64,000 nucleotides of DNA from NCBI RefSeq assembly GCF_006345805.1, contig NC_043002.1, forward strand, positions 97,278,001-97,342,000. The letters are read 5' to 3'. The notes beneath the pieces are model-generated. The model had not been told where the DNA came from, did not search any database, and saw only the letters and a list, made by a program, of their open reading frames with translations. Numbering within the stretch: the stretch's first letter is position 1; the number at the start of each line of letters is the position of its first letter. Below, one piece after another: positions 14,564 to 28,131 of this stretch. This stretch comes from Octopus sinensis (Eukaryota). Position numbers and translations under genes: made by a program.

Positions 14564-15479
14564 AAATATTAGGGAATATATCCAAATTTACAGGGAAAAA
14601 AAATCAGATTTAGGATTAAATCCAATTTTAGAACCTTAGATATATAAATGTTAATAGTAATCACCCATTTTCTATTAAAAAATCGTTGATTAATAATATA
14701 AGTAAACGTATTTCATTACTCTCTTATGATATAGAGATTTTTAATAAACATGCTAATTATTATAATGAGGCCCTTAGAGGGGCAGGTTATAATAAGAATA
14801 TTAAATTTTATAATATTAGCGATAATGATTTAAATGATAATTTTCGAGATACTTCTAATAATAATTATAATTTTGTTACGTTTAGTGGTAAAAATAATAG
14901 ATATTATAAAAAAATAATAAAAATGATAAAAATATAAATAAGAATAATAATAATAATAATAAATATAATAATAATAATATAAATAAGAATAATATAAATA
15001 AAAATAAATTTAATAATTATTATAATAATTATATTGATAAATTTAATAATATTAATAATTCTTAAATGCTGTACATAGATATAATTCTGATAATAATTTT
15101 AATAAAATAAAGAATTATAAATATATTTATAATAATGATAATAATAATAAGGTTAATAAGAATAAAATTTGGTTAATAGTTCCTTATGGAGATCAAGTTA
15201 AAACGAATATTATTAAAGAGATTTAGATGTTATAGAACTATTTATTAGAGATAATCGTAAATATAGAAACATTTTCTCTTTTAATAATTTTGGAGTTGGT
15301 TACTCTACCACTAATAATGTTGGTAACATTATTTCTTCATTTAATAAATATAAACTGAATAATTTTTATAAAAAGAAATTATTTGATAATAATATAATAA
15401 TGATAAGACTTATATTAATTGTACATGTAGAGATAAATCTAATTGTATATTAAATAATAATTGTGATATTAACGATGTA

Positions 15480-15872
15480 GTGTATAAATGTATAGTTACA
15501 TTACATGATAATAACTTTAATAATAATAATTACAATAAAGCGGTTTATATAGGTTCTACTTCCTCAAAAATAAAACTAAGAATTGCACAACATATGAATT
15601 CTTTTAAAAATAAAAACTTAATCAACTCAACTGGACTTAGTAAGTATATTTGGAGTCTTAAATCACTAAATATTAATTATAGTTTAATATGGGAAATAAT
15701 TTGTAAAACTAAATCATATAATATAGGAGCTAATTGTTGTTATTTATGCTCTAATGAGTTTAAAGAAATTTTATTTTATAAGTATGATAATTTACTTAAT
15801 ACTGGGGAGGAGCGCAAAATAAAATGTAGACACAAGTTACTTTACTTATATAATAAGTTTCATGATAAATAG
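15480..15872 (+). CDS. GIY-YIG endonuclease domain of a Penelope-like element (C-terminal part of a broken ORF; the start is not a true initiator)
   Basis: Open frame (V)VYKCIVT...VYIGSTSSKIKLRIAQHMNSFKN...STGLSKYIWSLK...WEII...CCYLCSNE...LLN...KCRH. It shows split GIY/YIG motifs, the R-xxx-H helix, a CxxC and a terminal KCRH, as in PLE endonucleases. Confidence 0.85.
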   Translation: MYKCIVTLHDNNFNNNNYNKAVYIGSTSSKIKLRIAQHMNSFKNKNLINSTGLSKYIWSLKSLNINYSLIWEIICKTKSYNIGANCCYLCSNEFKEILFYKYDNLLNTGEERKIKCRHKLLYLYNKFHDK

Positions 15873-18687
15873 CAATAATAGTTCCCTTTTAGGTTATTTT
15901 AGTTTAGTTTAAATTAGTTTAGATGATATATTTTTGGTTATGTTGTCTAGGATTTAATTATAGTTAGTCTTTATTGATATTCCTTTGTTTTAATTAGTTC
16001 ATTTTTAATGTATATTAATTTAGCAGTTTATGGTACGTTAAAACTTTAATAATTTATATTAGATTTTTTTATTTTTTTATTTTTATTTTTATTTTTATTT
16101 TTATTTATTTTATTTTATTATGTATTTTTATTTTGCATTTGTTATATGTATTTTGAGGATATATTTATATGTTTTTGGGTGTTATTTAGTGGTGTTTTTA
16201 TTGAGTTTTGTATGAATGTGTGAATGTTTAAGATCCCTTTGTTTTTTGTTTTTTATTTGTAGGTTGAATTGACAGATTTTATTTGGGTATTGTCTTTTAT
16301 AATAAAGTACACACCCATAACAATTATAAGTGCCAACTTCATTCGTTGTACTTGGGTTTGCATGTGAGCCTCAGCATATGCACCTAACGGCCACTCTAGC
16401 CCCACATGGATAAATAAACACATACATCCCCAACCACCATCACAAATGAAACCCACACCCATACAATGACAAAACTCCCCCATACCCTATTTACACCTAC
16501 ATAGTAATCCCAATATATTCTTCCATACATGGACGCAAGTGCGTGAAGCACATGAACATAATTAGTACGTACAACCCCTAATACACACTAATATATACGT
16601 ATTAAGCTCGACCTCCACAGTGATAAGTTTACACACAATCACACCCAGATGGGTGAATTGCACAACCAGTGAATGCTCACACATACGGGCGCGATTACAT
16701 TGTTGCATATATCGAGCCAAAATAGTATGCATATGTACATGTGAGGGGTACACGTAAATGAAGTGAGCGTGTACCCCCTGTATTTATACCCGTGCGTGAA
16801 TATACACATGGAGAGACTACCACACAGGTACAAATGTGTTTAGAAATGGGAGCCCCATCACTACTTAATGTATACTCTCACCCATCCGCACGGATGTGTA
16901 ATTGTATCTCCGGTGTATATGTTGAGGCTTATATGTAGAGTTGTTGAAGGGAACGTCGTTGAAATTGTGAATGAATGGGTAGAGTTGGGAATTGTAACCG
17001 TGTGGTGGACTAGTGTTGTTTGGAATTGTGAATGGATTAGGGTGGTAATGAGGTAGGCATTGAGTATGGGTTACTGTAAGTTGTTTGTTAGAGTTGCTAG
17101 GGTGAGCTAAAGCTCATAAATGTATATTATTGATTTTTCATGATAGTTTTTAAAGAATCCATTCATAATAAATTTTTTTAAGTAGCGTTGGTTTGCTACG
17201 TGTAAATAGTTTTTAGTTCCATTTATTATATTTCTCCATTCATACTATGAATGACGTTTACTTTTTATGGCGCGTATTCTTTTTTTACATTAGTTATTTC
17301 CATGGTAACGTAATTTTGTTTGGTTTTTTAACGGCTAAAAATCTAATTTCACTTCATAATTTGTAACTGAATTGTAAGTATGTATTTGATTTATCCTTAT
17401 GTCATAATGTTATTTTTGATATTCTGGTTAATTACGATGTATTTATTGTTGTTTTCATAAGAGTGTTTATGTATATGAGATTGGTTGTGAGTTTTTAATT
17501 GTATAATTAATTTATTTATCTGTATGAGTGTGGGTGTAAATATTGTTGTATATATCGAGTTTAGTGAGTATGTATATGCGTATATGTGAGGGAGCATATG
17601 TATCTGTTGTGTGTGTGTGTTTTGCGTGTGTGTGTGTTTGTGTGTGAATGTGTATTTGGGTTTGTTATTTAGGATTTGGGATGTATGTGTTAATTTGTCT
17701 GTGTGGGGAGGGAGTGGTTTTTGGTGTATATTGAGGTTTATAAGTTAGTATAGGTTTGTGTATAAGTCTTGGGTCTGTGGTTTACGTGTGGGTTTTTTGT
17801 GTGTGAATGTTTAGGTTAGGGGGATTGCTATATAAGTTTGTTATAGGGTTTAGCAAAGGAGATTTTATCGTTATATGCTTTTATGAGTTTTGGTTTATCA
17901 TGGTTTTTTTTAGGTAATTCGTGGTATTTTGTCTATTTTAGGTGTTGGTTATTTTTTTACATTGTTTCATTCATAATTTTTGAGTGGTGTTTGTTTTGCC
18001 ACGTGAATAACCGGGTGGTGGACTAGCGTTGCTTGGAATGTGAATGGAATAGTGTAGTAGTGAGGTAGGCATAGAGATTGGGATTGGGTTACTGCAAGTT
18101 GTTTGTTAGAGATGCTAAGGTGAGTTAAAGCTCATAAATGTATAATGTTTTTTGTGGGTGTGTAAGTATTGTTGTATATGTCGAGTTTAGTGAGTATGTA
18201 TAGGCGTATATGTGAGGGAGTATATGTATCTTTTGTGTGTGAGTGTTTTGCGTGTGAGTGTGTGTTTTGTGTGTGAATGTGTATATGGGTTTGTTATTTA
18301 GGTTTTGGGATGTATGTGTTAATTTGTCTGTGTGGGGAGGGAGTGGGTTTTGGTGTATATTTAGGTTTATAAGTTAGTATAGGTATGTGTATAAGTCGTG
18401 AGTCTGTGGTTTACGTGTGTGTATTTGTGTGTGAATGTTTAGGTTAGGGGGTTTACTTTATAGGTTTGTTATAGAGTTAGCAAAGGGAGATTTTATCGTT
18501 ATATGTTTTTAAGAGTTTTGTTTTATCATGGTTTTTTTAGGGAATTCGTGGTAATTAGTCTATATTTTCGATATGGATTATATATAGGTTATATATGGAT
18601 TATATACTTATATTTTTTCATTTATACTTTAATTATTTAAAAGTATTATTTTTATATTTTAAAATTTTGATTTTTTAGATTGGAAGT

Positions 18688-18730
18688 CCACCTGAAGATT
18701 GTCGATCAAGACAAGAAACGATTGTAGTGG
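18688..18730 (+). ncRNA. Minimal type I hammerhead ribozyme in the PLE terminal repeat
   Basis: ccac-CTGAAGA-ttgtc(gatcaa)gacaa-GAAA-c(gatt)g-TA-gtgg. Stem I ccac/gtgg, perfect 5-bp stem II, both core boxes, minimal stem III, GUA cleavage triplet. Confidence 0.8.
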
Positions 18731-18855
18731 CGGTTTTTTTGACTATTTATTAAATTTTATGTATTGATTAAGTCTTTCCTTGTTTGTTTTGCAAAATAGT
18801 GGTTTTGTCTCAAATAATATTTTATCATATATATATATATATATACATATATATA

Positions 18856-20268
<1,413 letters not shown>

Positions 20269-22825
20269 TCTACACATTTTTGGTTGAAGCAATACTTTTC
20301 TTAGGAAGCAAAGATCTAAAATTATTGGTAGATAGCGTACCGAAATCTTATGAAAGGATGGGAAAATAGAATATATATTTTTACATTCCCGCTTTATTTC
20401 TTCCCTGAAAAATTTACAGCTACAATCGTCGAATTCTACTTGGCGTTTCCACCAGCGAGTTTTCGTTATGACAAGAAGATATCGCAGGAACTTTAATCAG
20501 CGGTTATTGTTGGTTCCCGAGAAAAAAAGAGGGCTCTGCATTCACACAATCGGCAATGTTTCCCAGCGTGTTAGGAATTTACCATGCGAACTTAATGTGC
20601 ATAGGCTTTGGCTGGTTGGTTAGTTTCCCGGCTTACTGGCTGGCCGGATAGCTGGCCGGATAGCTGGCCGGATACCTGGCTGGCTGGCAGGCTGGATGGA
20701 TGGATGGATGGATGGATGGGTTGTTTTGCAGTTTAATGTCACCGCCAGTGAAACTCCAATGTCTTCCCTGTGACAATAATACAATGACGTAGACTGCCAG
20801 AGGCTTTCTTTGTTTTTTTTTATTTTTTCAGTTATCAGATTTTACTTATTTTATTAACCTGCTTTTGTTTCCTTTACCATTCATTTAAAACATTGACATT
20901 TCAAGCATGCGTACAAGACCTGAGATATAATCATTCATATCGAGACCAGACAGGTACTTATTTTATCAACCGCGGAAAGATGGAAAGCAATATCAGCGTT
21001 TGCGGTATTCAAACTCGGAACATACATAAAGGAACATAAGTAAATACCGCAGCGAAATGCTATCCATCACACACTATCTATTCTGGCAATCCATCACCTT
21101 TACAGCCATTTAAGATTATAGACATTTCTATAAAGCATATTTGTTTACTGCAGAAATATGCATTGAAGTAAATCTACTACTGATAGGATTTGTTTTATTT
21201 TTTAATCTCTGTGACTTTCTGTCCTTTTTCCTTTTATAATAACAGAATCCCTGCAGACTTTTGGTAGACTTTATATTTGCTAAGAAGTATTTGTTATGAA
21301 ATATTTGCTATGTGACCTAATGCATCAGAAGGATAGCGGAATGAATCGAAAGAGCATCGAACAAATTGATTCGTGCTATTTACTTAGAGCTTTTTATTGT
21401 CAGTGTTCAAATCTCGCCCAGGTCAAGATTTGCTCTTAATTCTATAAGTTATATAATGGAGCCGATTTAATCAAGTATTCCATCCTTTTATTAACCTACT
21501 GGTCTTCTTTGCCTAACTTCCACGCAAAGTTTTCGTCAACCAAATTCACTGATAAGGCATTAGTCGAACCTGGGCTATTGTAGAAGATACTTGTCCAAGG
21601 TGGCGCGCATTTCTCTGATAAGGTTGCGAATAGTGACCAACCTAGCTGATTGATTGACTGAACAAAGCATTAATCAAACAATCGATTAGTTAACTGGTTA
21701 AACAGTTAACCAAGTTGACAAATAAATAAAGAAGTGAGAGAGAACCAGTGCGTGTGTTTATTATTGGCATAACAACCGAGATATAGCAAAAAGATTCAGA
21801 ATATTCTTTAGAAAGTAATTTAGACTGAACCTCATGTTAATTTTTTATTAATTGGAAAATGATTATTACTCTAATCATTAATTCTAAGATTCTTAATTTG
21901 TTGCTGGTTTTTTTTTTGTTTTGTTTTTTTTTTTGTCTACAAGTTAGAGAAAGGCCTTTATTAGCAAAAATGAATATTTAAATCATTCAGTACATGACTC
22001 AAATTTGATGTAACATTAGAGCACGAATCTAGTTCAAGGTAAAATACCCGATCATCTTCAAGAAGTATTGATTTACTTGTAACCATCTATTCAGGATATG
22101 TGAGCTTTTAATTTATCGAGCCACTCTTTTTATATTTGAATTATAGCTTTGTTACTGGTATTCAACAAACATCTGCTACTTTTCATAATTGTATTGCTGT
22201 TGTAGTTATCGTTTAGCTGCGGGTCAGCTTGAACGAGTAGATCTACGATCACAACAGTCAAGCTGCGACTATTCCATCTTTTCAGAAAGACCGTGTATCT
22301 AAGGTTGTATTATCTTTTATGTGTATATACGCTCTTTCTTTTTAGAGAAGGCAGGGTATGTTTCAAGGAAATCTAGCTTTTATTTCTAGCAGAGCGACGA
22401 GAAACAGTACTCCAGCAGACCTATGATCAAATTTTAAATTTGACCATCCACTCTATGTTTGTGAATCCAGGACTATACTAACATTCATATTTTTAGACGA
22501 TCAGTATGAATTGGTAACTAATTTGGCTGCATATACAGTCTCTCTATTTTGATCCTTCATACTGTTTTTATTTGTTTTGTGTGTGTGTGTTTGATTGATT
22601 CTATGACTTGTTTCTCTTGCTTTTCCGTTGGTACTCCGAGATGTTTTCTTGTTCTTCTTTACGTGCTATCATATTGATACCAATGTCTTGGCCACAAACC
22701 CCCGGTGTTTGATAGCAATAATCAGTCGTTATTCCTACTTAAATCACAATCTTATAAGTACAATAATGTTCCCTAAAACGTGATATATTGTATTGCCATA
22801 CTAAAGCTATAATACCCAACTTTCG

Positions 22826-23645
22826 GATCGAAGCGGATCGAACCGGCTCGAACCGGATCAAACCGGCCCAAACCCGATCGAAACGGATCGAACCGGCCCC
22901 AAACGGATCGAACCGGATCAAACCGGCCGAGACCGGATCGAACCGGATCAAACCGGCCCAATTTGGCGATTATCTTATATTTTACAGAGAAATTGGAAGC
23001 CCCGAATTTAAGTCAGCACCGGACCGAATCGAATCGAGCCGAAACGGTCCGGTCCGGACCGAATCGAACTGAACCGATCCAACCGGACCGAATCGAATTC
23101 AACCGAACCGGTCCCGTCCAGACCGGACCGAATCGAACCGAACCGAACCGGTCCCGTCCAGACCGGACCGAATGGAATCGAACCGGTCCTGACCGGACCA
23201 GACCGAATGGAATCGAACCGGTTTGGACCGGATCGAACCGGTTTGGACAGGTTTGAACCGGATCGAACGGGAGCGAACCGGCCCAAATCGGATCGAACCG
23301 GATCAAACCGGCACAAACCGGATCGAACAGGATCAAACCGGCTCAAACCGGATCAAATCGGCCCGAAGCGGATCAAAGCGGCCCAGACCGGATCAAACCG
23401 GCTCAAACCGGGTCAAAACGGTCCAAACCGGTTCGGTTCGATTCGGTCCGGTCCGGACCGGAGCGGTTCGGTTCGATTAAAACCGGCCCAAACCGGATCG
23501 AACCGGATCAAACCGGCCCAAACAAGATCGAACCGGATCAAACCGGCTTAAACCGGATCAAACCGGTTCGGTTCAATTCGATTCAAACCGGCCCAAACCG
23601 GATAAACTGAATCAAACCGGCCCGAACCGGCCCAAACCGATCCGG
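22826..23645. repeat. CpG-rich minisatellite built from 5-mers (AACCG/GATCG/GACCG/AATCG), 10-bp higher-order unit, mixed orientations
   Basis: aaccggatcg-aaccggctcg-aaccggatca-aaccggccca repeats; reverse-oriented blocks at ~23430-23480; ~55-bp unique interruption at ~22962-23017. Confidence 0.95.
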
Positions 23646-23964
23646 CTCGGAGATGAGTGGAATATCACAGTGTTAAAATAGCAAACGAGATGTTTTGACA
23701 ATAAATTACTGAATTGTCAACAAACTGTATTGTTTTATTGTTTGTTTTTTTTGTACCTGAGGTTCCATCGTCATTTGTCAGAAAAAGTTTAAATATATTC
23801 AAATTACTTACACGATAAACGGAAGTTTTAGAGGAAGAATAGCGCTAGAATGTTCCTTAAAACACTACGATAGAATTATAAAGCTAGATTTATAAATTCT
23901 AAAATTACAGAACAATTCGTTACTGGGCAGTTTAGGTTAAAGATAAAGCGCTTTACGTATAAAG

Positions 23965-24492
23965 GCGGCGAGCTGATAGAAACGTTAGCACGACAGGCGA
24001 AATGCGTAGCCGTATTTCGTCTACCGTTACGTTCTGAGTTCAAATTCCGCCGAGGTCGACTTTGCATTTCGTCCTTTCAGGGTCGATAAATTAAGTACCA
24101 GTTACGCACTGGAGTCGATATAATCGACTTAATCCGTCTGTCTGTCCTTGTTTGTCTCCTCTGTGTTTAGCCCCTTGTGGGTAGTAAAGAAATAGGTATT
24201 TCGTCTGCCGCTGCGTTCTGAGTTCAAATTCGGCCGAGGTCGACTTTACCATGCATCCTTTCGAGGTCGATTAAATAAATACCAGTTTGCCTGTCCTTAT
24301 TTGTCCTCTCTGTGTTTAGCCCCTTGTGGGTAGTAAAGAAATAGGCATTTCGTCTGCCGCTGCGTTCTGAGTTCAAATTCAGCCGAGGTCGACTTTGCCA
24401 TGCATCCTTTCGGGGTCGATTAAATAAATACCAGTTTGCCTGTTCTTGTTTGTCCTCTCTACTTTTAGCCCCTTGTGGGTAGTAAAGAAATC
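23965..24492 (+). mobile_element. SINE family A, trimeric
   Basis: Head ggcggcgagctgatagaaacgttagc, then units restarting at aaatagg(t/c)atttcgtctg (~24195, ~24345). Confidence 0.88.
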
Positions 24493-24574
24493 GGTAAAGC
24501 GCTTTACGTATAAACACAGCAATGTGAGTTCAAATCTTAGAGCTGGCTGGTAACGATTTTTTTCTGCAATACAA

Positions 24575-24995
24575 GGATACTCTCTTTTCTCTTTTACTTT
24601 TTTCAGTCATTTGACTTCGGCCATGCTGGAGCACCGCCTTTAGTCGAGCAACTCGACCCCGGGACTTATTCTTTTTGTAAGCCCAGTACTTATTCTATCG
24701 GTCTCTTTTTCCCGAACCGCCAAGTGACGGGGACGTAAACACACCAGCATCGGTTGTCAAGCAATGCTAGGGGAACAAACACAGACACACACACACACAT
24801 TCATATATATATATATATATACATATATACGACAGGCTTCTTTCAGTTTCCGTCTACCAAATCCACTCACAAGGCATTGGTCGGCCCGGAGCTATAGCAG
24901 AAGACACTTGCCCAAGATGCCACGCAGTGGGACTGAACCCGGAACCATGTGGTTGGTTAGCAAGCTACTTACCACACAGCCACTCCTGCGCCTAT
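24575..24995 (-). mobile_element. SINE family B, full length (tRNA-like head, central (TA)/(TG) spacer, stem-loop and (GTAAAAGA)n tail)
   Basis: Minus strand aggcgcaggagtggctgtgtggtaag...ggttcagtcccactgcg...ccagcatggcc..agtcaaatgactgaaa..gtaaaaga. Confidence 0.9.
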
Positions 24996-25754
24996 AGTTT
25001 ATGGTATTTCATTATTATGCGTGTGAGAATAAATTTTTTCTGTATTTCTCAATGCATCTCAGCGCTTCTAAAGCAAACTTTTGTTTACTTTCATCGTAAG
25101 TTTAATTTTACGATAAAATTATTTTTCGTGTTACTTTATATACCATAGGAAAGGATTAAAATAGATGGAGGTGGGGACGAACAATTTTTTCTGACAACAC
25201 TACAGTATGAATTGATAATCTCCAGGTTGTAAAACCAGAGAATATATTCTCGAGAATAATTCTAAGGTGTGTTTAGATTTTTTTCTCTTTCTTTCGCTGG
25301 TTCATTCGTTGGACTACAAACATATTGAAGACCATCTAGGGTGGTGAAGGTGACCGTTGGAATCCAGCAATGATTTCAGCAAGGGATGCATTTTATCCAG
25401 ATCTATTAGCTGAACAGCTAAGTTACAGATCATGAAGGGGAACGGTATTAACAATACTGTTGCATTAGATGTGCAAGTACATTTGTACACACACACGCAC
25501 ACAGAAAGAGATGTGGAAAGAATGTCATTGGATAGCAACAAAATTACTTCGGCAAACACAACTGATTGATTAATAAACTGAATAATCAATTAAATGATCG
25601 ATTGGTTAAAGAGCCAACCAATTAACGAATAAGAAGTGAAATTGAACCAGTGCGTGTGCTAATTATTGGCTTAATGACACCCCATATATTACTATATACA
25701 TGTGTTTGAGTGTGTGTGTGTGTGTGTATGTATGTGTGTGTGTGTATTTGTGTA

Positions 25755-25785
<31 letters not shown>

Positions 25786-26115
25786 CAAGGCGTGTGGTCT
25801 AGTGGTTAGGTTGTTGCACTCGTAATCAAGCGATCGTGGGTTTCCATTTCCTGACCGAGCAGTGTGTTGTGCTTTTGAACATATATGGCAAGCAGATAGA
25901 ATCATTACGCCATCGAACAAAGTGCATAGAAGTATTTCTTCCGACTTCCACATAGTTCTGTCTATTAAATTCACTCAGAAGGCATTTGTTGGCCATGGGC
26001 TGTAGGACAATATACTTAGCCAAAGTACCGTGCATAGAGATCGAAACCGACAACACATGACTGGAAAGCAAGCTTCTTAGCCACCTAATCATACCGGAGC
26101 CTGAGAACATGAGAA

Positions 26116-26228
26116 CGCCGATCGCCCTGACAGCGCCGATAGCCCTGACAGCGCCAGATAGCCCTAACAGCGCCAGATAGCCCTGACAGTGCCGTAGCCA
26201 TAACAGCGCCGATAACCATGATAGCGCA
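26116..26228 (+). repeat. 18-19-bp GC-rich minisatellite (GCCCTGACAGCGCC(A)GATA), ~6 copies
   Basis: Directly visible tandem copies. Confidence 0.9.
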
Positions 26229-26243
26229 TATGCCTAACATTAT

Positions 26244-26628
26244 AGGAGCACTCCGTCGGTTGCGACGATGAGGGTCCCAGCTGATACGATCAACAGAACA
26301 GCTTGCTCGTGATATTAACGTGCAAGTGGCTGAGCACTCCACAGACACGTGTACCCTTAACGTAGTTCTCGAGGAGATTCAGCGTGACACACAGAATGTG
26401 ACAAGGCTGGCACTTTGAAATACAGGTACAACAGAAACAGGAAGAAAGAGCGAGAGAAAGTTGTGGTGAAAGAGTACAGCAGGGTTCACCACCACCCCCT
26501 GCCGGAGCCTCGTGGAGCTTTAGGTGTTTTCGTTCAATAAACACTCACAATGCCCGGTCTGGGAATCGAAACCGCGATCCTCCGACCGCGAGTCTGCTGC
26601 CCTAACCACTGGGCCATTGCGCCTCCAC
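26244..26628 (-). mobile_element. SINE family C, full length, 14-bp TSD
   Basis: Reverse complement of 2460-2849; TSD atgcctaacattat at 26230-26243 and 26629-26642. Confidence 0.92.
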
Positions 26629-27906
26629 ATGCCTAACATTATTGTACCAATATCACATCCTTAACTTCTTGCTCTCCCATACAAGACGTCCACAAGTAAC
26701 AGGAGAATGCAATTTTCCCATAATAACATCAAGACCAACCTAATTAAATGACATTGATTTCAGAAGTCGTATAAGAAAATGTTTCTTTAATGTTCTGAGA
26801 GATAAATTTACTAACAAAAATAGCTTTCCTAATTAGAGTCAAAGCTCTATTTCCCAACCGATTAATATGACAAAGAAATAATTTTATAAACTAATTTTAC
26901 TAAAAGTCAAAATCCTCAAATAGGAACATAATCAGATATACGCGCATTGAAACCTAGTTTGCAACATAATCCACCACCCCCTTTCTTATATCTAATAACA
27001 ATCAATAAGGTGAGACTGAAATACGGTAAACACAATCCACTGTGTCAATGATTCCACCGGTTTATAAGCTTGTACTGCTGTCTGCTTTGAAGCCTATTCA
27101 CGGTTATTAGTATATATCTCCTTGCAGACATTACCAACCAAAAAAATCAAATTCGATCTTTAATGATGATAGTCAATATCTAGGTAACAAAACTGGTTTT
27201 AAGCAGACATTTTGTTAAAAGAATGCCTCGGAAATTTAAATCGATCATTCTTCAGAATTTATATGTTCATCAAATTCTTATGCTATACGTGTTATCAGTT
27301 TCACTGATTTATTTGTGAATCCTCTCTTACCGGTCTGTTGCGCCGGCTTAAATCAATAATGCTCAATACAAACAAAAATTATCGACAACACTGCTGTGCT
27401 AGGGGAGTAGAATTCGATAAAATGTTTTCTAAAGAATTAGTTGTTTCTTTCAGGCCAATAACTGAGTAAGCAGAAATCATTCAATTTAACTGTAGAGCTA
27501 CACCACCTGTCGAACAAATACAAGCTTAGCTGTGTTACTTGTCGTTCTGTAGAGTGACATCTTATATAAATACTACAACGTTAAAGATTTTAATACAAAT
27601 ACCTGGCCTCGTCGAAAATGTTAAAATGTTAAATATCTTGTCTACAAATATCTGATCTATATTTTATCGTTTACTTGTTGCAGTCATGAGACTGCGGCCT
27701 TGCTGGGGCACCACTTTCAAAATAAAATAATCCCTGTAGTTAGTTTATGGGTCTTATTTGTAGAAGCGCTAAGACTTAAACGAGCGAAAACTGACTGTGA
27801 AACGATGTGGTGCATGCAGACAGAAACAAAAAGACACACATATTGCACACATACACACACATACACATATCTGTATATAAATACATACATACATACACAC
27901 ACACAT

Positions 27907-27940
<34 letters not shown>

Positions 27941-28080
27941 CGTGCCATAAGAATACCTGGAGTTCTTCACGAATCTAAACAATATTGTTAGCCTGGTGTT
28001 CCAACAGAGAGCTTATGAAGTATTTTGCACGGATTGATAATCCCTCACTATCAGCTCTCTCTCTCTCTCTCCGTCTCCTC

Positions 28081-28131
<51 letters not shown>

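Larger units (their letters stand above)
14625..18830 (+). mobile_element. 5'-truncated Penelope-like retroelement (RT C-terminus, GIY-YIG endonuclease, long 3' region, terminal hammerhead-bearing pLTR)
   Basis: From ~14635 the sequence reads NLRYINVNSNHPFSIKKSLINNISKRISLLSYDIEIFNKHANYYNEALRGAGY (PLE RT thumb motif SNHP...Y.EAL..SGY). At ~15170-15350 it reads PYGDQVKTNII and, after a frameshift, YRNIFSFNNFGVGYSTTNNVGNIISSFNK (PLE linker). The GIY-YIG ORF follows at 15480-15872 and a hammerhead motif at 18688-18730, ~100 nt before a (TA)n tract. Family assignment is from recalled motifs. Confidence 0.85.

Noticed and set aside
22739-23551. Overlapping ORFs on both strands with RFDPVRSG/NRIKPAQTGS repeats
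   Set aside because: Artefacts of a GC-rich 5/10-bp minisatellite.
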